Shown here: piece after piece, positions 55,960 to 64,000 of the stretch
Layout of the letters: every line of letters starts with the position of its first letter
Position numbering within the stretch: position 1 is the stretch's first letter
NCBI GenBank assembly: GCA_028864975.1
Contig: JAGWLG010000008.1
Location: 32,001-96,000 of the forward strand
DNA: 64,000 nt
From: Thermoplasmata archaeon
GTDB taxonomy: Archaea > Thermoplasmatota > Thermoplasmata > Lutacidiplasmatales > UBA184
Reading direction: 5' to 3'
Made by a program: the position numbers and the translations under genes
Notes under the pieces: model-generated
What the model saw: only the letters and a program-made list of their open reading frames with translations
Database searches by the model: none
Told to the model about the DNA's origin: nothing

Positions 55960-57828
55960 TCATTCTACGCTCCAGAGCGTGTCCGACGCCTTGACCCGAT
56001 TGTAGAGCGCGGCTCGCCGGTTCTCCAGGTCTTCCTGTGGGATGGACTCCTTCACCGCCGGAAGCTCCTCGACGAGGCCGTTCGTCCTCAGCACCGACAG
56101 GTTGTTCCCGAAGGTCCCCCCGCTGGCCTCGTACCCGCTCTTCTCCCCAAGCTCGATTCTGGTCAGCGGGTTCGGGTGCTCCTGCTCCAAGACGTCGAGC
56201 ATCTTCCGCGGGCCCGCGGGCAGGTTGCGGTGCCACATCGCCATGACCTCTTCGTGGGTCTGGGGCGCGACCGGCTTCTCCCCGATGAACGCCATCCCAG
56301 CCTCGGAGGCTCGAACCGAGCCGTCCGCGGACTCGTCGAGGTACCCCGCCTTGCGCAGGATGGACAGTTGGTTCCCGAACGTACCACCGCCCGCGGCGTA
56401 TCCGGACAGCGTCCCTAGCTGGGACCTCGTGAGCGTGAGAGGGTGCCGACGCGCCAACTCGGTGAGCATCTTCAGCGCACCCTTGCCCAGGGTCACCTCC
56501 CCCTCCGGTTCGGCCCCAGCCAGCTTCGAGTGGTCCACTGGGAAGGAGCGCATCGGCGTCTCCGCCACCCTCCGGGCATGCTCAACGTCGGCTGGGTGGG
56601 CCTTCACGAAGGGTACGGCCTGCGGGACCGGTTGCTGGACAGGTGGCGACGCAACTCTACCCGGGTCGTCGGATGGTGCGAACCTCGGATACCCGTCCCA
56701 CCATTTCTGAACACCGCGCAGGTGCTTCTCCATCGCGCTCACGATGCCAGCGAGCCGGTGGGCCTCCTGCTGGTAGTGACTCGACTCCATGCGCAGCCTC
56801 GATACGAGCACCGGGTCCACGGTCGGCCCCGGGTCCGGCCGTGCCTTCGCCGCCTCCAGTTGCTTCTTCAGCGTCGCTAGCTCCGCGCGCAGCTTGGGCA
56901 CGTTCGCCGCCTCAGCTTTCTTCTCCGCGAGGACCTTGAACGTCTCCCCGAGCTTCGTCACGAGCGGCGCCACGTCCGTTGTGGTGACCCTCACCTTGAG
57001 CATCCCTGTCTTCCGGAGATGCGTCCGGTCCGGGTGGAAGGTCTCGAACTCCCGCACGAAGACCTTCTCGAAGCGCTGGAACTCCCGTGGGGACCAGAAG
57101 AAGCACTCGCGCACTTTGAGCGCGGCAAGCTCCCGGTCGAACTGCTCAAGTTGCTTCTCCGTGCCCCACGCCTCCACCCACTCGCGCAGGGCTTTCCGGT
57201 CCGGGGTTCCGGTGAGACCGAAGATGACCATAGTTCCGCACTGACAAAGTGCGTCCTTGTTCACCGTCGCCGCGCGCTGGGAGATTAACGTCACTCCAAG
57301 GCCCTTGTTCCTGCCCATCCTTACGATGCGCTCGACCGCGTCATACGTGGTCGCGTTGTCCGGGCGCACTGTCTGAGGCAGGACCTCCTTGGCCTCGTCA
57401 ATGACGAGCAGCCGGCTCGTGTCGTTGATGCCGTAGATGGTGTCGCAGAAGTCCTTCAGGAACCGGCGGTACGCGGCCTTCGGCTCCTCGGAGAAGTCGA
57501 TGACGCAGGATACGTTCGCCTCGACGATGGCCCTGGCGACCTCTGCGCCTGTGTTCGCGTTGAGCGGTAGGTCCTGGTGAGCCCCACCGATGACCAGCAC
57601 CGGGAGTCCTGGACTTTTCCCATCACGGGAACTCTTGATGCCCCAGCCGACACCGGCCGGGTCGAAGACCACGAAGGGGAGACCCACCCGAACTAGCTCC
57701 TCTTCGACTACTTTCAGTAGGCCCGATTTCCCGAGCCCACTTTGCCCGATTATTGCGGTCCGTGCCTCGATATACTCCTCCGCGGGCACAGAGAATCTTG
57801 CCCCGATATGCAGCACCTTCTTCGGCAC
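55960..57828 (-). CDS. HerA/FtsK-superfamily (DUF87-like) ATPase with C-terminal tandem wHTH
   Basis: GQSGLGKS, LLVIDEA, GRNKG...ISQR and two GGTFGNxLSxLRxxG repeats. Confidence 0.85.
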   Translation of the reverse strand: MPKKVLHIGARFSVPAEEYIEARTAIIGQSGLGKSGLLKVVEEELVRVGLPFVVFDPAGVGWGIKSSRDGKSPGLPVLVIGGAHQDLPLNANTGAEVARAIVEANVSCVIDFSEEPKAAYRRFLKDFCDTIYGINDTSRLLVIDEAKEVLPQTVRPDNATTYDAVERIVRMGRNKGLGVTLISQRAATVNKDALCQCGTMVIFGLTGTPDRKALREWVEAWGTEKQLEQFDRELAALKVRECFFWSPREFQRFEKVFVREFETFHPDRTHLRKTGMLKVRVTTTDVAPLVTKLGETFKVLAEKKAEAANVPKLRAELATLKKQLEAAKARPDPGPTVDPVLVSRLRMESSHYQQEAHRLAGIVSAMEKHLRGVQKWWDGYPRFAPSDDPGRVASPPVQQPVPQAVPFVKAHPADVEHARRVAETPMRSFPVDHSKLAGAEPEGEVTLGKGALKMLTELARRHPLTLTRSQLGTLSGYAAGGGTFGNQLSILRKAGYLDESADGSVRASEAGMAFIGEKPVAPQTHEEVMAMWHRNLPAGPRKMLDVLEQEHPNPLTRIELGEKSGYEASGGTFGNNLSVLRTNGLVEELPAVKESIPQEDLENRRAALYNRVKASDTLWSVE

Positions 57829-58021
57829 GGTTCACTCCCCCCCGAGCTTCAACAGGTCCCGCCGCGCTTCCCGCGCCAGAAGATTCGCCTGCGCCGAGCG
57901 CTGGTCCATCGCCTTCCGCAGGTCCTCGACTATCGCTTTGACCATGGCAAGGTGCTCCCTGTCCGACGTCGTGCGCCGATGGACCAGGCCGCACTCCTGG
58001 CACGGCGCCCCGGCGAGTTCG

Positions 58022-58582
58022 TCAATTCCCACGACCGGTCACCTGCTTGCGGCCTGCTTCCGTCAGCTTCAGTTGGAGCACGGGTCTCCCGTGACACGTC
58101 GCCCTGTGCGAGTTCACGTAGTTCCCCTTCTCGAACCAACCGGTGCCCTTGGTCGCCTCGCGCACCACGCTCCCGTTGATTTTCGCGCTGACCCTCACCG
58201 TCCCGTCGGGGTCCTTGTTCCAATCCTCTCCCAGCGTGTCCCAGATGGCGTCCGTGGTCACGATGCCGTCCGGGCTCGCCGCGGCTGCGGTCAGGAGGAC
58301 GGTCAGCAGGACGCCGACGTCCTCTTCGTGCTCCTCCGCCATCCTCTGGAGAACCTCCTCCGCGATGCCCCGGGCCGTCTCCAGCCGCTCCGCCACGCCC
58401 GGTTGGGCTCCCACGTTCCTCTGCGCCCACATCGCCATCAGGACGTGCTTGCAGCGCTTCCGCTCCGAACCGCACGAGCACACCCACCCCTTCTCCGGGT
58501 CGTAGAAGGTGTCCGGGGGCGCCCCCTGCGGCCGGTACTCTCCCAACGTTGACTGACGTTCGCTCTGCTCGTTGCTCATCAT
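58022..58582 (-). CDS. SWIM zinc-finger protein
   Basis: WVCSCG...CKH. Confidence 0.65.
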   Translation of the reverse strand: MMSNEQSERQSTLGEYRPQGAPPDTFYDPEKGWVCSCGSERKRCKHVLMAMWAQRNVGAQPGVAERLETARGIAEEVLQRMAEEHEEDVGVLLTVLLTAAAASPDGIVTTDAIWDTLGEDWNKDPDGTVRVSAKINGSVVREATKGTGWFEKGNYVNSHRATCHGRPVLQLKLTEAGRKQVTGRGN

Positions 58583-59063
58583 CTCGCCCTTCCCCAGGCG
58601 GGGCCCGGTGCTCCGGGCCCGGCCACCAATAATTCTACTACCCCTTTGAAGCCTTCGGTCGGCTCACGGGGTGCGTCCGTACCTCACCTGGTGGATGACG
58701 AGCCCCTCCGGTTCCCTCCGGACGAGCAGTTTCATCCCTATCAATCCAAGCGGTACCTGCGCCCGGTAGATTCGTACCGCCACCTTGTCCCAGTTCTCGA
58801 AGTTGTAGACCGTCGCCCCCAGCAGTTTCGGCGCGGTGCCCAATGTCCCCCGGTCTTGGAGGTAAATCGTCGGCGGGGACTCACTGCTCGTCATCAACAT
58901 GGAGAGCCCCACCACCTCCAGCAGCCGCTCCTCCCCGGGCTTCAGGTAGCCCGTCGTCAGTTGCTCGACCGTCCTCTCTTCCTCTTCATCCGTGTCCACT
59001 CTTGTCGTCATGCCGCACCTTCCCCTTCTCGTTGCTCTGACTTGCCGCTGAACTCGTCGCCGC

Positions 59064-59993
59064 TCATCCATACCCGGACTGGTAGCTGTCGGTCCCTGGT
59101 GGCGGTGGGAACGGCGGTGGCCTCTCCGTCCTCTCCACCTCCGCTTTGTGACGCTCAAGCTGTAGCTCGTTCTGCAAGAGCTTCTCCAGCCGGACCGTCG
59201 GACTACCCTCCTTCACAATCTGCATCGCCTGAGCCAGCGTCAGGTCCTTCGGCCCCAGGTGGACCTCGTGACGGACCTTCTTCCCCTTCTGGTAGAGCTG
59301 CTCCAGCGCGTTGCTGAACCTCCGCAGTTCCACCGCGCGAAGACCCTTCAGCCTCCACCCCTCGTAGTCCGTGTGAATCCCAATCTGGGTGACCATGAAC
59401 TTCGAGCCGGCGTCCTCGATGCCGAACGCTCCCTCTAGCCACCCCTGCAATCCCCCGAACTCCTGGAACCGGATTGGCCTCTCCGTCGATGGCACGTAGA
59501 CCGTGATGCTGTCCTTCCCCGGGGCGTGGCGTATCTCGACCCACCACTTCCTCCAGAGACGCTTCACGACACCCCAGCGCACGCCGGGCTTGTACGTCAT
59601 GTCCGGGAATCGTTCGGCGACCAAATCATCAAGTTCCGTAGCACCGCCACGCGGCAACGGGGTATGGACTACCCCTTTCCGCCACTTCGCATACAGCGTG
59701 AGCCCGTGGATGCCCTCCTCTCCGAACGGGTCGCCTTTGATGTCAGGGGTCCCCGGTTGACCGATGTAGGGACCCCGGGGGTAGTCCTGGCGTATGACCC
59801 CTTCCTGCGTCAGGTCCTTGAGGTGACGCTCGACCGTCCTCAGAGGGAGGCCGGCCCTCTTGGCGATGAGCTTCGCCGGGGCTCCGGCCCTGTCGAACTC
59901 CCCCAACGCCTTCAGGATGCGGCGGATGACTGCCGCCACGTCTTTGCGCCGCGGAGCCGCCAGTTCACCGGCGCGAGGGTTTCCCCTACCCAT
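59064..59993 (-). CDS. wHTH protein, possible replication initiator
   Basis: N-terminal AKLIAKRAGLPLRTVERHLKDLTQEG HTH, an uncharacterised C-terminal domain and a ~450 bp non-coding region upstream. Confidence 0.45.
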   Translation of the reverse strand: MGRGNPRAGELAAPRRKDVAAVIRRILKALGEFDRAGAPAKLIAKRAGLPLRTVERHLKDLTQEGVIRQDYPRGPYIGQPGTPDIKGDPFGEEGIHGLTLYAKWRKGVVHTPLPRGGATELDDLVAERFPDMTYKPGVRWGVVKRLWRKWWVEIRHAPGKDSITVYVPSTERPIRFQEFGGLQGWLEGAFGIEDAGSKFMVTQIGIHTDYEGWRLKGLRAVELRRFSNALEQLYQKGKKVRHEVHLGPKDLTLAQAMQIVKEGSPTVRLEKLLQNELQLERHKAEVERTERPPPFPPPPGTDSYQSGYG

Positions 59994-60703
59994 CGTGCTT
60001 CACCTCGACCGGAAGGGCGGCTCAGACGCGCCACTTTCGAGGGGTAGGCCGGGTCGGGGGGTGGTGTCTCACCGTCCCGCCGCTGCGTACTCCTTCCACG
60101 ATGGCCTCGGGCTGAAGTTCGCCGGCTGTGATTGTCACTCCCTCTCACCCCCGACCCGGTCGGCACGCCGAACGGCGTGAGGGGTGCTGTAGAGAAGTCC
60201 GCCTCTGCCCGCGCTCAACAGGAGCGTGGACCGCTCGGCGGCGTGCCTGGGAAATGACGACGGTACGTGAAGAGGTTGGTCAATGTCGGTGAGCGCGAGG
60301 GTGTCCCCTCTCATGGCGCCGTGGCCCCCGAGAAGAAGACCTCAGAGGAGTCCGGCGTTGGATGGCGCGTTCTGCGCTAGTTCCTTCGATTGTGGCAACC
60401 CATTCGCCCCCAGGGAAGTCGCTGCATAGCGAGCATGCTACAGCCGACGAGCTACTTAACCCGCACGGCCGGAACTAGCTCGACTCGCAGGAGGGGTGGG
60501 GGGGTGCCGAAGTCTCACCGTGAGCCCGCTGCGCCGGAGCACCATCCTGAACCGGTTCTCCGTGTCGTGCAGCCGGAGCGCGATGATGTAGGCGTTCCGC
60601 ACGACGAACCGGAGGACGCAGTGCTTCTCCATTCCCGGGTCCACCCTCTTCACGACCCACACGAACGGGTCGAAGAAGTAGACCCCGACGACCTGGCGGG
60701 GCT

Positions 60704-61258
60704 TCACCGGGCGCTCCTGCTCGCCCCGACGGCCCGGCAGAACGCTCCCGCCTCCGCCTGGTACCTCGGGTCAGAGCATAGCTGCTTGCGCACCTTCTCC
60801 GGACTGTCGAAGATTTCCGGTCTCCCCCTCTCCGACGGGATGACCTTGACCAACGCAATGTTGTCGGGCGCAATCTCCTCGCAGGTGAGCCACTCGTGCC
60901 CACCCAACTGCTCCACGTACGTCGTGGGGATGAAGTCCGTCCCGTGCAACCGGGCCTTGAGCGTGTCGATGTAGAGGATGGCCAGGTCGTCGAGCTTACC
61001 GGTCGTCTCCCCGGCCTTCATCGAGGCGGCGGAGGCGAAGAACCTGGCGATGGGCTCCTCCTCGGTCAGGAAGATACAGCCCTTGACGCTCTCGGCGAAC
61101 GCCGGGTCCGTCGCCCTCGCGCACTCGCCCTTGATGAGCCCCCTCTCCAGGATTCCGGGGAGACAGCGCAGGCTCGTTCCGTGGAGCAGGACCCTCGGCA
61201 GCGCGCGCTTCTCTCCAGTCAGTCCACTCTTTCCGACCACTGGTGCCCCGCGCGCCAT
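60704..61258 (-). CDS. ADP-ribosyltransferase-fold protein
   Basis: LLHGTS..L..IL..GL, IFLT...A..FA and HEW. Confidence 0.65.
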   Translation of the reverse strand: MARGAPVVGKSGLTGEKRALPRVLLHGTSLRCLPGILERGLIKGECARATDPAFAESVKGCIFLTEEEPIARFFASAASMKAGETTGKLDDLAILYIDTLKARLHGTDFIPTTYVEQLGGHEWLTCEEIAPDNIALVKVIPSERGRPEIFDSPEKVRKQLCSDPRYQAEAGAFCRAVGASRSAR

Positions 61259-61259
61259 C

Positions 61260-61706
61260 TCAACTCCCTCCGCCCGCCTTGATGACCTTCTTCCTCAACT
61301 CGCCGACGAGCTTCGGAACGTTGCGGTAGGTCATTCGTTCGCCGGGGACCCAGTGGCTCTCGGTCTCGCCACCCAGCTTCGCCCCGTTCTCCTCGAAGAA
61401 GACCGCGGTCTTCTTGCCCAGCGGCCGGCCCTTCGAGTCCTGCGCCCCTTCCTTCGCCACGGCCACGACCACGTAGGACGGCCCTTCCGGCGGGGAAACG
61501 AAGTCCTCGCTCCACACGTTGAGATGCTCGATGGCCGGGTCGCTCATCTTGACCGCGAGGCACAACTGGTTCTCGTCGCCGGAACCGCCCTCGCAATCCG
61601 TGACCTGCTCCGCGCCCGCGTTCTTGAACTCCTCGACGAGCACCTCCCGCGCCTCGCGCAGGCGGGCGACACGGTCACCGGGCACGGTGAACCTGAGCAC
61701 CTTCAC
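61260..61706 (-). CDS. Hypothetical protein
   Basis: Coding-like ORF coupled to its neighbours. Confidence 0.6.
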   Translation of the reverse strand: MKVLRFTVPGDRVARLREAREVLVEEFKNAGAEQVTDCEGGSGDENQLCLAVKMSDPAIEHLNVWSEDFVSPPEGPSYVVVAVAKEGAQDSKGRPLGKKTAVFFEENGAKLGGETESHWVPGERMTYRNVPKLVGELRKKVIKAGGGS

Positions 61707-62157
61707 CCACTTGAGCTTGCAGGCCGGGTCGCCTTCAGGTCCGCGACGTACTTCTCCGCCCGGTCCAAAGTGTGGTCCAGGTTGTCACACTCCCCATAGA
61801 GAAAGCACTCACTGAAGAGCCTGCTCTCCAGGATGGTGAACTCGTCGGCGATGTCCCCATGGCCGAGTCGCCTGAGAGACTCGCGGCGCTGGGGATTCCC
61901 AAGTCTCGGCTCGGGGGTCCCTGCCCCATTCCTATCTAGGAACTGGTCCGTTGCCCGGATGACTTCCAGCCACGCCTTCTCCGCGGCCCGCTGGAGAATC
62001 GTGGTTGGCCGGGGTTCGGGTTCGAGCATCTCCTCTAGGAGCTTGGGACCAGGAACCGGGGGCTGCTATGCTGCGACCCAGGGGAGGCGGCGAAGCCACA
62101 CCCGGACCCGGTCCTGGCTGAACCGGTGAGGCTACCGCTGGTAATTGAGGGTTTCTA

Positions 62158-62397
62158 TTACCCCCGCGCGAGCCCCGGGTGCCCCTTCTCCACCTTCCCC
62201 GAGCCATCGCAGATGAAGCAGCGCACTGAGCCACCCTTGTAGGGATGCTGGCCCGGCGTGGATTCGTTCTTGCAGCAGGGGCACGGAAATGTGGTCTCCT
62301 CGACCGGCGACATGGGCGCTGGGACCATCGGCGCAGGCGGTAGGGGCGGTGGAGGCGGCGGCGGCGGCGGCGGGAACGGTAGCTCTTGGCTCTGCAT
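62158..62397 (-). CDS. Pro-rich zinc-finger protein
   Basis: CPCC...CFICDGSG. Confidence 0.5.
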   Translation of the reverse strand: MQSQELPFPPPPPPPPPPLPPAPMVPAPMSPVEETTFPCPCCKNESTPGQHPYKGGSVRCFICDGSGKVEKGHPGLARG

Positions 62398-63090
62398 GGA
62401 ACTTCAACCGGTCGCTGTCTCGGGCATCGGCGTCCGGACCGGGCGACGAGAGAAGACGTAGGCGGTGACGACCACGACCCCCGTGCCGACCAACGCCAAC
62501 GCGAGGTACGGCAGCCGCGGCCAGATGTCGATGGGGTCCAGGGCTCCGAAGACGATGGCCAAGAGGCCCAGCACGAAGTACTTCGTCTCCGGCCGCTGCG
62601 TGAGCTTCACAGTCTCATCCCCGGGTCCCTCAGCCACCGGGCGATGCTGTAGGACACGCCCGCTACTCCCATCCAACCGACCGCGAGCCCCGCCGCGCTA
62701 GCGATGAGGTCGTTCGCTGAGATGTGGAGCGCCGAGAGTGTAATCATGGACCAGCCCATCCCGTTCAGCACTAGGAGGATGGCGGTTCGCAGGACCCGGA
62801 TAGTCTGCGCGGGCGTTCGCTTGTCATCTGGGTCACCACCACCCTCGTGATGCGTCACGGGGTAATCCTCCCTGGACCACTTGGTTCTTTCGTTACCTGG
62901 GCGAGTTGGACACCGCACACACAGGTCCACACCGGTGCGGATTCCCCTAGGGGGGTCCACGTCCTCGACAGGACCATCCGGGAGTGACACCTGGGGCAGC
63001 GTTCGACGGCGGGCATGGTCGGCGGGTCCAAAATCAGGGCACCTGCCATGTGTATCCCCACCTACGGGGACCTGATAAGCTCCTCGGCGA

Positions 63091-63122
63091 CTTTCGACAC
63101 TTTGAGGGCCGGGCTCTTATCC
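63091..63122. promoter_or_regulatory. Divergent promoter with CTTTCGACACTTT motif
   Basis: 13 bp identical to 29472-29484; CTTAT box at ~63116. Confidence 0.5.
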
Positions 63123-63144
63123 CGGCACCGGTTCCTCCCGGTCG

Positions 63145-63624
63145 ATGCCTGGCCGGGTCCGACGCTCTTGGCACTACCTCCGCCAGGAGCCCGCGGCGTA
63201 TCCTCGCGTCGTCACCTACCAGAGCACACTCCCCTTGAGCGACAACTCCGGGGACCCCATCGACGCTTTCATCCTGGAAAAGTACCCCCTAGAGGCCGCG
63301 GAGAAGTACGGCGGCGTCTCGGTCATCCCGAAAATCCTCGGGTGCTTCAAGGGGATGGAGAGGGACGGCGCACCGTCGCTCCAGTGTGAGGAGGTCTTCC
63401 GGTTCGAGGTGACGCTGGAGGAGCATACCCCCGACGAGACCCAGGAGAACAGCGACTTCTTCACGAGCCTCGCGCACCGCGCTGCTCTGGAGCTTGGCCA
63501 GGAGAGCGTTTTCAATGTGACGGAGTTGGACGTGAGCGAGCAGTTCGTCGCCGGTGAGCGGCTCCCCCGGTTGCCCCAGGAGAAGCTCTCCCGCGACGTG
63601 TTCCGACGAACGCTCGGCCGGTGA
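63145..63624 (+). CDS. DUF3574-like small ferredoxin-fold protein
   Basis: YGGVSV...G.F...E.V...ELGQESV. Start codon uncertain. Confidence 0.45.
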   Translation: MPGRVRRSWHYLRQEPAAYPRVVTYQSTLPLSDNSGDPIDAFILEKYPLEAAEKYGGVSVIPKILGCFKGMERDGAPSLQCEEVFRFEVTLEEHTPDETQENSDFFTSLAHRAALELGQESVFNVTELDVSEQFVAGERLPRLPQEKLSRDVFRRTLGR

Positions 63625-63625
63625 G

Positions 63626-63961
63626 CTACCTCTTCGGGAACTTCCTCTTCCCGTACCACGGGATGCCACCGATGTGCTCCTTGACCGCCGTGCCGAGCGC
63701 AATGTCCAGGAACTTGGTCTTGTACCGCTTCAGCACCGCGTCCAGGACGGCTTCGGTCGCGTAGCGCACCGTGCGGTGAGGCGTCGCGTTCGCCTTGAGC
63801 CCGGCCGGCCCGCCGCCCCGGTCCTCCTCCTTGCCCTCCTCCTTGAGCTTCAGGAACGCCTTCAGGAACGGGTGCCAACCATTCGCCCACATGCCCGCCT
63901 CCAGGTCCGCGACGCCCTGGTCGAGCCGGAAGAAGATGTCCCCATCGCGCACGACGAGCAC
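63626..63961 (-). CDS. Hypothetical protein (may begin beyond the window edge)
   Basis: Coding-like; the frame appears to stay open to position 64000. Confidence 0.5.
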   Translation of the reverse strand: MLVVRDGDIFFRLDQGVADLEAGMWANGWHPFLKAFLKLKEEGKEEDRGGGPAGLKANATPHRTVRYATEAVLDAVLKRYKTKFLDIALGTAVKEHIGGIPWYGKRKFPKR

Positions 63962-64000
63962 GGTCGAGTGAGGGTAGACCGGAAGGTAGCCGTAGGCGTG

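Larger units (their letters stand above)
1..64000. mobile_element. Segment of a large archaeal virus or provirus genome
   Basis: No host core genes. Contains fibre-like paralogs, a tyrosine recombinase, typical phage accessory genes (DUF1643, DUF5131, NADAR, MazG, ASCH) and many small overlapping ORFs. TATA-like promoters and archaeal lipid enzymes point to an archaeal host. Confidence 0.8.

Noticed and set aside
55960-57828. HerA-like ATPase as the genome packaging motor
   Set aside because: The long DUF87-type architecture with wHTH tail, located among accessory genes, fits a non-packaging role better. Not excluded.
62321-62380. GGC/GGT tract as a DNA microsatellite
   Set aside because: It is explained by a poly-Pro run in ORF 62158-62397.
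1-64000. CRISPR array
   Set aside because: No regularly spaced direct repeats with unique spacers were seen.

Overview
This is a GC-rich, gene-dense 64 kb segment with no host housekeeping genes. It reads as part of a large archaeal virus or proviral element. The archaeal signs are TATA-type promoters, archaeal-type ribbon-helix-helix (RHH) regulators and isoprenoid-lipid enzymes; a Thermoplasmata-like host is only a guess. No terminase, portal or HK97 capsid is recognisable in the window. Layout: (1) 1-470 is a dense hairpin array. (2) 0.9-8.5 kb holds a JAB protease, an operon of Zn-finger, ERV/ALR-like sulfhydryl oxidase, Mrp/NBP35 and SCP2-like genes, a small Ala-rich structural candidate, two tandem UbiA prenyltransferases and a Vsr-like endonuclease. 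(3) 8566-14750 is an intact 6185 bp transposon (12 bp TIRs, 9 bp TSD) with a SWIM-DDE transposase, carrying an AbrB regulator and a full restriction-modification system. (4) 15-39 kb holds putative virion genes: repeat proteins, Cys-paired helical paralog families and two modular fibre paralogs. It is interrupted by a RelE toxin-antitoxin locus and an operon of geranylgeranyl reductase, membrane protein and HAD phosphatase. (5) A tRNA-Ala(GGC) and a minimal tyrosine recombinase follow. (6) 42-64 kb has many small accessory genes: methyltransferases, NADAR, ADP-ribosyltransferase, DUF5131, HerA-like ATPase, MazG, ASCH, J-domain, RNase H fold and a wHTH-Rep candidate. The strongest candidates for a new system are a virus-encoded isoprenoid lipid pathway and a poxvirus-like cytoplasmic disulfide pathway, which together suggest an unusual enveloped archaeal virion. 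All family assignments come from motif recognition by eye; no database search was run.
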